This document shows positions 41,877-56,453 of a stretch of DNA of 64,000 nt, one piece after another. How positions within the stretch are numbered: the stretch's first letter is position 1; each line of letters begins with the position of its first letter. The notes beneath the pieces were generated by a model that was given only the letters and a program-made list of their open reading frames with translations, was not told where the DNA came from and did not search any database. Source of the stretch: Eledone cirrhosa (Eukaryota); contig CAXHJY010000786.1 of assembly GCA_964016885.1 (NCBI GenBank), positions 14,653 to 78,652 on the forward strand. The letters are read 5' to 3'. A program made the position numbers and the translations under genes.

Positions 41877-42282
41877 ATACTACTTCTTCGCCGTGTTTTT
41901 AATGCTCATTTTTTTTCGTTTTTTCTTTTACCATTGTCTTCTATCTTCTCCTCGCAGTTGTTTGCTCCCTTACACATAATTGCCACAGTTCGGGTTTGTT
42001 TTGGTTTATTATTGGTACCGTCAATGGTTTTATTGGTATTGTCACTGTTTGTTATTATTGTATCATTATATCACCGAGGTGCCTTGTTTTGAGGAGACCC
42101 AGGGGTGACATATCCGAAAGACAAACCCTGACTCAAGAAACAAAACAACAAAATATTTAAAAAACGGAGAAAATCAACACAAAACTAGGAAGCGAATCTT
42201 ATACACACACACACACAACATATATATACATGTGAGTGTGTGGTGTATATATATATATATATGTATATGTGAGTGGGTGGTG

Positions 42283-42315
<33 letters not shown>

Positions 42316-42326
42316 GTGAGTGGGTG

Positions 42327-42360
<34 letters not shown>

Positions 42361-42362
42361 AG

Positions 42363-42411
42363 GCTTCTACAGGACTAGAACTGTTTCATTCGGTAGAAAT
42401 CATCAGGAAGC
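42363..42411 (-). ncRNA. Type I hammerhead ribozyme, family A
   Basis: GCTTC-CTGATGA-TTTCTACCGAAT-GAAA-CAG-TTCTAGTC-CTG-TA-GAAGC. Confidence 0.8.
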
Positions 42412-42639
42412 AGCTGTCCAAGTACTATGGTGGTATTTATATCTTCTCTGGTGGTAGGAGAGAGTGGTGATTGGGATGGGTGGAGGTCATTGGTTGATGG
42501 GTATATATATATATATGGATTTATATATATATATATATATTTATTTACCGGCGTTTTTGTCTATTTTATTATTATTAATAATACAGATACACACGCATAC
42601 ATATATACGCCCACATACACTGTATGTATATGTATATAC

Positions 42640-45690
<3,051 letters not shown>

Positions 45691-46608
45691 CTCTCTCTCT
45701 CTCCCTCTATATAAATATAATTGCAAAGAAAGAAAAAAAGAGAGTGTGAGAGAGAGAGAACCAAGACAGATGAGAGAAAGAAGGGGAAAGGTTTAAAACA
45801 CCAACTTCAAACAAATACAAACAGAAATAAAATGCACAAAAAAATGATTGGAAAAATAGCAAAAAAAAAAAAAAAAAAGGACTCCTGAAAGCCACAAAAC
45901 CCAAACAACACACGAAGAAAAACTACCAATCCAATTCCATTATCTTGTCTAAGAATTCTCTTCTATTCGACGCTGTTTTTTGCGTTTCTGCATCTTTTTT
46001 TCTTTCTCTGTTGTAATTTTTTTTTCTTTGTCTCCATTGAAATGGTAATTAAGCAAGATGATTTCCTCTGAATGACAATGAGACTTACGCAGTAGATATA
46101 AAATCTATGCATTTTATCAATTTCACAACGGTGAAAGTGTCAAGCCTCAGGTGAAGGCTGCAACAGGCTACATTTTTGTTCGCTATGATATTGTATTTAT
46201 TTTTTCCCTTTATTGTTGGTGATGGTGGTGGTAGTGGTCTTCGTGGTGATGCCGGCGGTTTTCGTTTGGTGGTGGTATTGGTATTTTTATTCGTTAAGAA
46301 TTAGTAGATGTAGAAATTATCTTGGTTTTTGCCAAAAAAAACAAAAAACTTTATTGATCTATTTGTATCCCGTTAATAGAACAATGATATATTTTGCGTT
46401 TGTTTATCTTCAGCAGCCAGTGAGCAGCTAGTGACAGTATAGATCGAAAGTAAGGCGTTCCAGACGCGACAATCTCCTCTTATCCAACTCTTCTCAATTC
46501 CAGAAACCTTTTCACATTGGACATTGCGTATCAAATACCCAGCTATCCGATGCTTTACTACATTTCCAATGAGTAATTTGAAACCAATTTGGCTGCTACT
46601 ATTATTTC

Positions 46609-46790
46609 TGGTAGTATCGGTAGAGGGTCGGACTCCATGCTTTCCAGCATAGTTACGTCCCTTTACTGTCTGAGTTTAAATCTCGTCGAGGTTAACTTTG
46701 TCTTTCATCCTTGCGGGATCGATAAAATAAAGTACCAGTAATGTACTGGGTAATTGCTGGCCTTGTGCCAAAAGTAGAAACAACTATTAT
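46609..46790 (+). mobile_element. SINE family 1, short form
   Basis: Head, core and tail. Confidence 0.85.
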
Positions 46791-47118
46791 TTCGTCAGTG
46801 GAAGTGTATAGACTCTGGAAAAGGATGATTAAATGTTCAATTTGAATGTATGCAGAGGTATGTAAGGAAGATATAGCCTGGGGTCCGGAGGGTTGATAAG
46901 CATGGATTAATCAAATGCTTCAGTTGCTGTTCATGGGATTTAATGAACGTGAGTCAGTATTGGTGATGAATGTGTTTAATGTTCGATCTGGTTGAAACCA
47001 TCTCTTCAAAATTGCATTGAGTTCTAACAATGTAAAAGGTAAACAGAAATAACAACACAATCGGTACAGTATATGGAAGGTATATATTAGGTTAACGCTT
47101 GATATAGCAGGAAGAGGG

Positions 47119-47154
47119 TCTTAACGTTTCGGATGCTAGTCCTTCATCAGAAGA
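47119..47154 (-). ncRNA. Minimal type I hammerhead ribozyme
   Basis: TCTT-CTGATGA-AGGA-CTAGCA-TCC-GAAACGTT-A-AGA with palindromic AACGTT stem III. Confidence 0.7.
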
Positions 47155-47270
47155 AAGAATGAGAAATAAGATAGATTGAGGGGACGGGCGAGATGGAATT
47201 GGAAAAAATGTCTTTAGATAAAAACAACATGTTGACATCTCTTGCAAAATATATATACATATATATATAT

Positions 47271-47397
47271 AGTTTTAATATAGATGAGATTCTACAGGAC
47301 TAGAACTGTTTCATTCTTTAGAAATCATCAGGAATCCTGATGATTTCTAAAGAATGAAACAGTTCTAGTCCTGTAGAATCTCATCTATATTAAAACT
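47271..47397. ncRNA. Palindrome (63-bp arms) of two head-to-head family A hammerheads
   Basis: Minus 47288-47336 GATTC-CTGATGA-TTTCTAAAGAAT-GAAA-CAG..CTG-TA-GAATC; plus copy at 47332-47380. Confidence 0.85.
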
Positions 47398-47464
47398 TTT
47401 ATACTCTGCTATGTATTGAGTACCTTACTTACTGTGGTTACCTCCGATTCAACCCGGAATAACG

Positions 47465-47495
<31 letters not shown>

Positions 47496-48479
47496 TATAT
47501 ATGCGTGAGTGTGTGTGTGTTCGCGCATGTCTGTATGATATACATATGCTTAATAGCTCTTACCAACTGAAATGCGGTGGAAACTGCCAAATCAAATCAA
47601 CTACCGTTTATATCTGAGAGCTTTCATCTGTCAACAGAAAAAAGAAACAACAAACTGTGGAACTTTTAAAATAATTTCTGTCTGTAGATACAATAACAAT
47701 GTATATTATACAAATGTATCGTGTCTTATGTTATTTATCGAAGTAAAGTTGTAGTCGCACGCTACTCTTAACGTTCAGAAGATTTATTCAACTGATCTGG
47801 TAGCCATTTTCGATAATTTTAATCTGCATGTAAAACGCATACAGTCTCTACAAGGATATTAGCATAACAATGACGTCACGTCTCCCGGAAACGAAATGGT
47901 TCAAGTCCTTTCTTTATTCGAGAACTGTGTCTAACAGTATTTGCAATGTTTGTTCCGGTATTTTTTTTTATCGAATCCTACTCTTTATTAATAGAGATTG
48001 GAATATCATTCAAAGCTTGAAAGATTGATTCTGCCTTTTGTTCACTATCAATATTTGTGTCATTGTTGATTTGACATGCATGACCCTATGTACAATATTC
48101 ATCCCTAGTAATTAGAGTTACATTATTTCCTGTTTCATATATGCATCCTGTGTTGTGGTTCCTAATTTGGTTTGCAGCTATGCCAGTCTGGAGCTAGAAA
48201 ATCATAGGACATTTTTATTGGTGATAATATTTTCCTGTTCATCAAAGTAGAAGAATTAAGAAGCTTTCCGATTGAGAAATATTTGATAATGCAAAAGCAT
48301 GCGGCTCAGATATAAATTACTGTAACATCACTATGATAACTATTCTTCTAAATCCTTTACAATGACGGGCGATAAATCCTTCAGCAGTTTCATCTTACTA
48401 TTGGTATAAGAAGACATCGCCACAGGTTTACATTCGATTTATCAAGGCCTTTCTGCAAGTTATTATTGTTAAATTGAAA

Positions 48480-48686
48480 GGGCGGTGGATTGGCAGTATC
48501 GGTAGAGGGTCGGACGCAATGATTTTCAGCCTAGAGTTACGGCACTTTATGATCTGAGTTCAAATCCGACCGAGGTTAACTTTGCCTCTCATCCTTACGA
48601 AGTCGATAACATAAAGTACCAGTAACACAGTGTGGTCACTTTAATCGACTTTCAAATTACTGGCCTTTTTGCCTATAGTAGAAATC
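48480..48686 (+). mobile_element. Full-length SINE family 1 with 18-bp target-site duplication
   Basis: ATTATTGTTAAATTGAAA at 48462-48479 and 48687-48704; A box TGGCAGTATCGG, B box GAGTTCAAATCC. Confidence 0.9.
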
Positions 48687-48837
48687 ATTATTGTTAAATT
48701 GAAATTTTATAACATGAGCTTCTAGATGATGGATCAAGGAATCATGGTATTTGTGATGGCATTCATCTAAAATAAACAATAATACATTCCAGTTGTGATA
48801 ATGAATCATGCAGTCATTGACGTCTCTTTTCCCAAAA

Positions 48838-49025
48838 AGTGTAAAGTCTGCTCCGAGTCTCGCAGGCTCATCAGGCAGGTGCTCATCCAGGTTTCCGTCG
48901 CGTTAAGCAACTGAGAGAATAAGACTCCCCTCTGGACATGACACCAGTCGATTGCAGGGTTAAACCCGCACCTATTCCTGGTACACATTTTCAGATGAGT
49001 ATACCGAAGCAACGTGAAATGTTTC
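48838..49025 (-). mobile_element. SINE 3' part of another family (V/Deu-domain-like)
   Basis: Minus strand AACCCTGCAATCGACTGG..GTCCAGAGGGGAGT..GGAAACC..CTGCCTGATGAGCC..GCAGACTTTAC. Confidence 0.55.
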
Positions 49026-49532
49026 ATAATCAAATTATGTCATTTATAAAGTTTCTCTCGAGATAGTCTACTGAGTCTAACATATTTGAATAAGTTCCTG
49101 CTAAATAGATTCAGTACACTAGATTCCTGCTAAATACAAATTAGAATAGACTGGGATCTGAGATCAGTTTAAATATTCAGCAGAACAGGATTTCTAATTT
49201 CCGAGCATAGCAAAACAATCACCATCACTTAAATTTCCATATTCAAATATAATATTTCAGCCGTGTTTAATTCGGCGGCAATCACAGTAAAGAATGCGCG
49301 CCATTCTTAAAATAAATCTAGGCCATTGGGTTTCATACAAACATCAATTTTATATGCTCAAATACCCTTTCTTCTATGACTCTTCATAAAAGCAGGATAC
49401 CACTTTTATGAAAAGATCCAAGCCAGTATACGATATCTGAATAATGATTAATGTATATGTCTCATATATACTAAAGACTTCTAGAAGAGCTTGCAATTAG
49501 TTCCAACTCTTTGTTGATTATACAACTCCTAA

Positions 49533-49742
49533 TTAATAATTTCTAATTAAGGCACAAGGCCTACTATTTTATGGGGAAGTGAAAGTAGGTTACATCAATC
49601 TCAGTATTTGACTGGTACTTTATTTTATCGACCACGAAAGGATGAAAGGCAAAGTTGCTCTCGGAAGGATGTAAACTCAGAAGGTTATGATCCGTAATTA
49701 AATACTGCAAAACGTTTTGTCCGATACACTACCGACTCTGCA
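49533..49742 (-). mobile_element. SINE family 1, long form
   Basis: Reverse-complement consensus. Confidence 0.75.
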
Positions 49743-49835
49743 AGACTATAATCTTGCGATATACACTTTGTTAGGTTATATCCCGAGAAATACAAAGAAT
49801 CATATTTTGATAGAGCAGCAAGACTGTAATTTTTG

Positions 49836-49866
<31 letters not shown>

Positions 49867-49942
49867 ATTTTTGTGAATTTTTTTTTTAATTTTTTTTTTT
49901 TTTTTTTTAATTTTTTTTTTTTTTTTTATTTCCTTCATATAA

Positions 49943-50041
49943 AATAATTGTTTCTACTTTTGGCACAAGGCCAGCAATTTACCAGTGTATTACTGGTACT
50001 TTATTTTATCGACCCCGTAAGGATGAAAGGCAAAGTTAACC
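49943..50041 (-). mobile_element. SINE family 1, short form, 5'-truncated
   Basis: Near-perfect reverse complement of core and tail. Confidence 0.85.
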
Positions 50042-50099
50042 AAATAGTAAAATAATAACAACGGAAATATGATTAATTATTCCCTGAAGAGTTACATAG

Positions 50100-50290
50100 G
50101 GTTTTGAAGACCCCGAATTCATATAAGCAAATAAAGTGTTCTTGCAGATCATCCGCCGACTTCGTAATAAGAAATCCTCCTCCACACCTGCTACCAGGAA
50201 CGCGTCAGGGGGTCTCCGCTCTTCAGAGAGGTGCTTCCTCGTGAGATGGAAAGAATACGTTGCTGAACTCCTAATTCCGATCCCCAAACC
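50100..50290 (+). mobile_element. RTE LINE linker (EN-RT) relic
   Basis: ANKVFLQIIRRLR..RWKEYVAELL matches the RTE linker F.QTIRRLR..RWKEYF..LL. Confidence 0.75.
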
Positions 50291-50792
50291 ATCTTCTGGT
50301 ATACGCGAGGTGTTTCTTTCCAGGGATGATGTTGAAAAATAAACCTCATTTGGTTATTTTATGAGAGTATCTTGGTCAGGCTATGAAATTTTCAGCCTGT
50401 AAACTTTTGGAGTATGATAAGGTTCCAAATAAAGTTCTTTCTTCACACTAATTTTATAACTTTTTAACATTTCGAGATCTCCATCTGCCTTTCACACAAT
50501 CATTAAATGGAGGTCCATTTGCTCTCTCTGAAAATGTTGCTTCTGGGAGAACATCATTAGTAAGTTAGCTCAACTGATAACAGTCTTGTTTCAAAATACA
50601 TGTCTGGAAATTTCCTTCGGGAAGCATGTCAGATTTAAATCATTTTTCATCACTCAAGTTGACCTGCATCTTCAATGCTATGAATTATTGTTGAACTATC
50701 AACATTCATCAATTTTGTATCAAGCAAATCATGATTATTTTACACTAGACAATAATATAATAACATCAATCGTTATTGCTACATTATCATTG

Positions 50793-50978
50793 GTAGATTG
50801 GCAGTATCAGTAGAGCGTCGCACATCATGTTTAATTTTACATATAGTTACATCAGTTTACGTTCTGCGTTCAAATTACACCAAGGTTAACTTTAGCTTTC
50901 ATCCTTACAGTGTTGATAACATAAAGTACCAGTAACACACTGGAGTCGATGTAATCGATATTCCACTCTCACAAAATC
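50793..50978 (+). mobile_element. SINE family 1, long form, diverged
   Basis: Head and core. Confidence 0.7.
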
Positions 50979-51099
50979 ACTAAGAGCTGTGGCACATGTA
51001 CACGTGCCCGCAAATGGCTAAGCCACTTTCAAGTTAATTTCACTGAGCAGGCTAGAAGAGTCTTCATCGGAAACGATCGACTTCCAACAATATGTACGT

Positions 51100-51156
<57 letters not shown>

Positions 51157-51206
51157 GTGTGTTTTTATGAATTCATGTATGTATATATGTGTATATATAT
51201 ATGTAT

Positions 51207-51816
51207 GTCAGGTCACCAGTTCGTGCTACTGGTAACATGTATTCCAGTACAACCTGTCTCATGGTCGGGTCGTTGGCGACTAAACTGGCAACTCCACCAA
51301 GGTTTCTTGGTGAAGAGGGTGACTTTGGACATCCTGCAGGACTAAAAACAAAACTGTCAAAGGGCAAAGGAGCTCTTGAGAGTCAATGGCCATCCAAAAT
51401 CACCGGGAGAGATGACCCCTTAGCCTTTGTCAAGGCAGAATTCTAGGAGAAGGAAAACTCTGATATAACACCTGCAACTCTGATGGTATCCAATGATGTT
51501 GACTTGTTCTTCTTTTTGATAAATATCATCTTGGTTAAGAGAGTGGGACTGGCTTTGTGCAGTGCCTTTGCTCACTATAAAAGCTTCACGGCACAGGCAT
51601 TGCTTTATATCTGGAGATCTCTCTGCACCTGTCATCACATGGTACCATGGGCCCAGCACTATGTGTCAATGATTGTCACAAGTGTAGTGTTTGTACCAGA
51701 GTTTTCAAATCGCTGGCTGCACTAAAAAGTCACACTCGTTCAGCGCATCGGTAGGGGTTCTCCTACATGGATATAAAGTAGTGGCCGTACTCGAAAACGA
51801 GTTGGCAGCCACCACC
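51207..51816 (+). mobile_element. Internally deleted RTE-like element (5'UTR-like part plus C2H2-finger 3' end)
   Basis: GC-richer block between (TA)n tracts; CTAGGAGAAGGAAAACTCTGA is RTE-5'UTR-like; 51683-51754 encodes [23 protein letters not shown]. Confidence 0.6.
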
Positions 51817-51817
51817 A

Positions 51818-51854
<37 letters not shown>

Positions 51855-51911
51855 GTATATATGTATGTATATATATGTATATATATATGTATATATGTAT
51901 GTGTATATATG

Positions 51912-51943
<32 letters not shown>

Positions 51944-52010
51944 TATGTATGTATATATATATATATATGTATGTATATATATATATGTATGTATATATAT
52001 ATATGTATGT

Positions 52011-52051
<41 letters not shown>

Positions 52052-52080
52052 TATATGTATGTATATATATATATGTATGT

Positions 52081-52121
<41 letters not shown>

Positions 52122-52473
52122 TATGTATGTATATATATATATGTATGTATATATATATATGTATGTATATATATATATGTATGTATATATATATATGTAT
52201 GTATATATATATATGTATGTATATATATATATGTATGTATATATATATATGTATGTATATATATATATGTATGTATATATATATATGTATGTATATATAT
52301 ATATGTATGTATATATATGTATATATATGTATGTATATATATATATGTATATATATATATGTATATATATATATGTATATATATATATGTATATATATAT
52401 ATGTATATATATATATGTATATATATATATGTATATATATATATGTATATATATATATGTATATATATATATG

Positions 52474-52568
<95 letters not shown>

Positions 52569-53119
52569 GTATATATATGTATATATATATATATGTATAT
52601 ATATATATGTGTGTATATATATATGTGTGTATATATATATGTGTGTATATATATATGTGTATATATATATATGTGTATATATATATATGTGTATATATAT
52701 ATATGTGTATATATATATATGTGTATATATATATATGTGTATATATATATATGTGTATATATATATATGTGTATATATATATATGTGTATATATATATAT
52801 GTGTATATATATATGTGTATATATATATATGTGTATATATATATATGTGTATATATATATGTGTATATATATATGTGTATATATATATATGTGTATATAT
52901 ATATGTGTATATATATATATGTGTATATATATATATGTGTATATATATATATGTGTATATATATATATGTGTATATATATATATATGTGTATATATATAT
53001 ATGTGTATATATATATATGTGTATATATATATATGTGTATATATATATATGTGTATATATATGTATATATATATATGTATATATATATATGTATATATAT
53101 ATATGTATATATATATATG

Positions 53120-53150
<31 letters not shown>

Positions 53151-53233
53151 GTGTATATATATATATGTGTATATATATATATGTGTATATATATGTATAT
53201 ATATATATGTATATATATATGTATATATATATG

Positions 53234-53280
<47 letters not shown>

Positions 53281-53705
53281 GTGTATATATATATGTGTGT
53301 ATATATATATGTGTATATATATATATATGTATATATATATATGTGTATATATATATATGTGTATATATATATATGTGTATATATATATATGTGTATATAT
53401 ATATATGTGTATATATATATATGTGTATATATATGTAAATATATATATATGTGTATATATATATGTGTATATATATGTAAATATATATATATGTGTATAT
53501 ATATATGTGTATATATATATGTGTATATATATATATGTATATATATATATATGTATATATATATATGTATATATATATATGTATATATATATGTATATAT
53601 ATATGTATATGTATATATATGTATATATATATATATGTATATATGTATATATGTATATATATGTATATATATGTATATATGTATATATATGTATATATAT
53701 ATATG

Positions 53706-53736
<31 letters not shown>

Positions 53737-53755
53737 GTATATATATATATGTATG

Positions 53756-53786
<31 letters not shown>

Positions 53787-53821
53787 GTATATATATATAT
53801 ACATATATATATATATTTATG

Positions 53822-53857
<36 letters not shown>
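51817..53857. repeat. ~2-kb (TA)n/TG-interrupted array
   Basis: Direct reading. Confidence 0.95.
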
Positions 53858-53859
<2 letters not shown>

Positions 53860-54239
53860 AATACTTCGTTAAAGCAATACAAAATTTCGTTTTCCACTCT
53901 CATAGTCGTATCTTGAGAGATAATCAAAAGGTCGAAACCATTGACAAAGCCAGAAAAAGTTTACTCAATAGATACATTTAATCCAAAAGAAAAAAGTTAC
54001 CGAAAAAATATTTGAATGAACGTTTCAAAAAATTTGTAAGGATAGTCTTTGTGTTTACAATAGAAACAAATGTCAAAGATTCTTTTCCTGTATTTGTCTC
54101 TTCAATTCCTTTGAGGTGATTTCAACTTGGATATGAAGTTATAAAAGACTTCGAAATTGCCATTTGTAAAACGAAACATAAGAGAAAAAAATTACGCTCA
54201 CCAAACATACACTCCGACGCACATGCAGAGACAAATAAA

Positions 54240-54494
54240 TACATACACACAAACATATATACATACATATGTATATATATGTATGTATATATATATATAT
54301 ATATGTATATGTATATATATATGCTATATGTATATATATATATGTGTGTGTGTGTATGTATGTGTATATGTGTGTGTATGTATGTGTATATATGTATATA
54401 TGTGTATATATATATATATATGTGTATGTATGTATGTGTATATATGTATATATATGTGTATATATGTATATATATGTGTATATATATATATATG

Positions 54495-54529
<35 letters not shown>

Positions 54530-54630
54530 ATATATGTGTGTATATATATATATATATATGTGTGTATATATATGTATATATATGTGTGTGTATATATGTA
54601 TATATATGTGTGTGTATATATGTATATATA

Positions 54631-54663
<33 letters not shown>

Positions 54664-55247
54664 GTGTATATATGTATATATATGTGTATATATGTATATA
54701 TATGTGTGTATATATGTATATATATGTGTGTATATATGTATATATATGTGTGCATATATGTATATATATATATGTGTATATATGTATATATATATGTGTA
54801 TATATGTATATATATGTGTATATATATGTGTATATATGTATATATATATGTGCGTGTTTATATATGTGTGTATATATGTATTTATATGTGTGTATATATA
54901 TATATATATATGTGTGTACATATGTATATATATGTATATGTATGTATATATATGTGTGTATATATACGTATATATATGTGTGTGTATATACGTATATATA
55001 TGTGTGTATATACATATATATGTGTGTGTATATACGTATATATATGTGTATATACGTATATATATATATGTGTGTGTGCATATACGCATATATGTATGTA
55101 TATACGTATATATATATATTTGCGTATATACGTATATATATGTGTATATATGTGTGTATATATATGTGTGTATATATATGTGTGTATATATATGTATGTA
55201 TATATATATATATATATATATACATACATATATATACACATACATAC

Positions 55248-55302
<55 letters not shown>
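54240..55302. repeat. TA/TG compound microsatellite
   Basis: Direct reading. Confidence 0.9.
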
Positions 55303-55303
<1 letters not shown>

Positions 55304-55700
55304 CAAAGACAGTTAACACAGAAAAAAATAATATTCTTAGAGAAAATGTAAAACAAAATACATTTACAATATAGGAGCCAATATAACCACAACCAAAACA
55401 GTAAAACGAGGACATAGAACAAGAACAGAGGAGAGTCAGCCGAAGAAGGCTTTGTCTTTCTATTTCTTTATTCAATGTATTCCTTAACTACGGTTCCACA
55501 ACGGAGTTAAGCCTGAAGAAGCCTGAGGCATTTCAGGAAAAATTATTAACAAGTACTCAAATAGCTACATTCATACACACAAATTAACACACACACATGC
55601 CCGTGCGCAGAGACATATATATTTATATATATATATGCCTGTATATACATACATATGTGTACGTATGTGTGAGCATATCTGTATATATATATATATATAT

Positions 55701-55747
<47 letters not shown>

Positions 55748-56020
55748 ACAAAACAAAAGATAAGATGGAGTAACACACACACGTACATACATATGTATAT
55801 GTATGTATGTATGTATGTATATATATGTATATATATATATATCTACATATGTGTACATAAATATGTATATATATGTATATGTATGTATATATATATGTAT
55901 ATATATATGTATATATGTATATATATGTGTATATATGTGTATATATGTATATATATATATATATGTGTATATATGTGTATATATGTATATATATATGTAT
56001 GTATATGTATATATATGTAT

Positions 56021-56078
56021 ATTACTCTTTTACCTGTTTCAGCCATCCGGCCGAGGCCATGCTGGGGCACCGCCCTTG
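56021..56078 (-). mobile_element. 3' tail fragment of a SINE-like repeat
   Basis: Minus strand AAGGGCGGTGCCCCAGCATGGCC..CTGAAACAGGTAAAAGAGTAA resembles a common octopus repeat tail (from memory, unverified). Confidence 0.5.
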
Positions 56079-56419
56079 GTAAAATTAGAAACGCAGTCTA
56101 TAGCATATATATGTATATATGTATATGTATATATATATGTATATATATATGTATATATATCTATATATGTATATATATGTATATGTATATATATATGTAT
56201 ATATATGTATATGTATATATATATATGTATATGTATATATATGTGTATATGTATATATATGTATATGTATATGTATATATATATATATATGTATATATGT
56301 ATATATATGTATAGATATATATACACATATACTTAAATGTATTTTCATGTAATATACATCTGAGAACGTTGACGTACGTTTTGTTGTTTCTAGACATTTT
56401 AACATGTAACAGTGAAATA

Positions 56420-56453
<34 letters not shown>

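Noticed and set aside
48480-48570. tRNA gene
   Set aside because: The A/B boxes belong to the SINE head; no cloverleaf
48855-48880. Minus-strand CTGATGAGCC
   Set aside because: No following GAAA or stem III; part of a SINE tail
55505-55552. CTGAAGA-AGCCTGA..TCAGG-AAAA (and TTGAGGA..GAAAC at 42088-42141)
   Set aside because: Core incomplete and stems I/III unsupported
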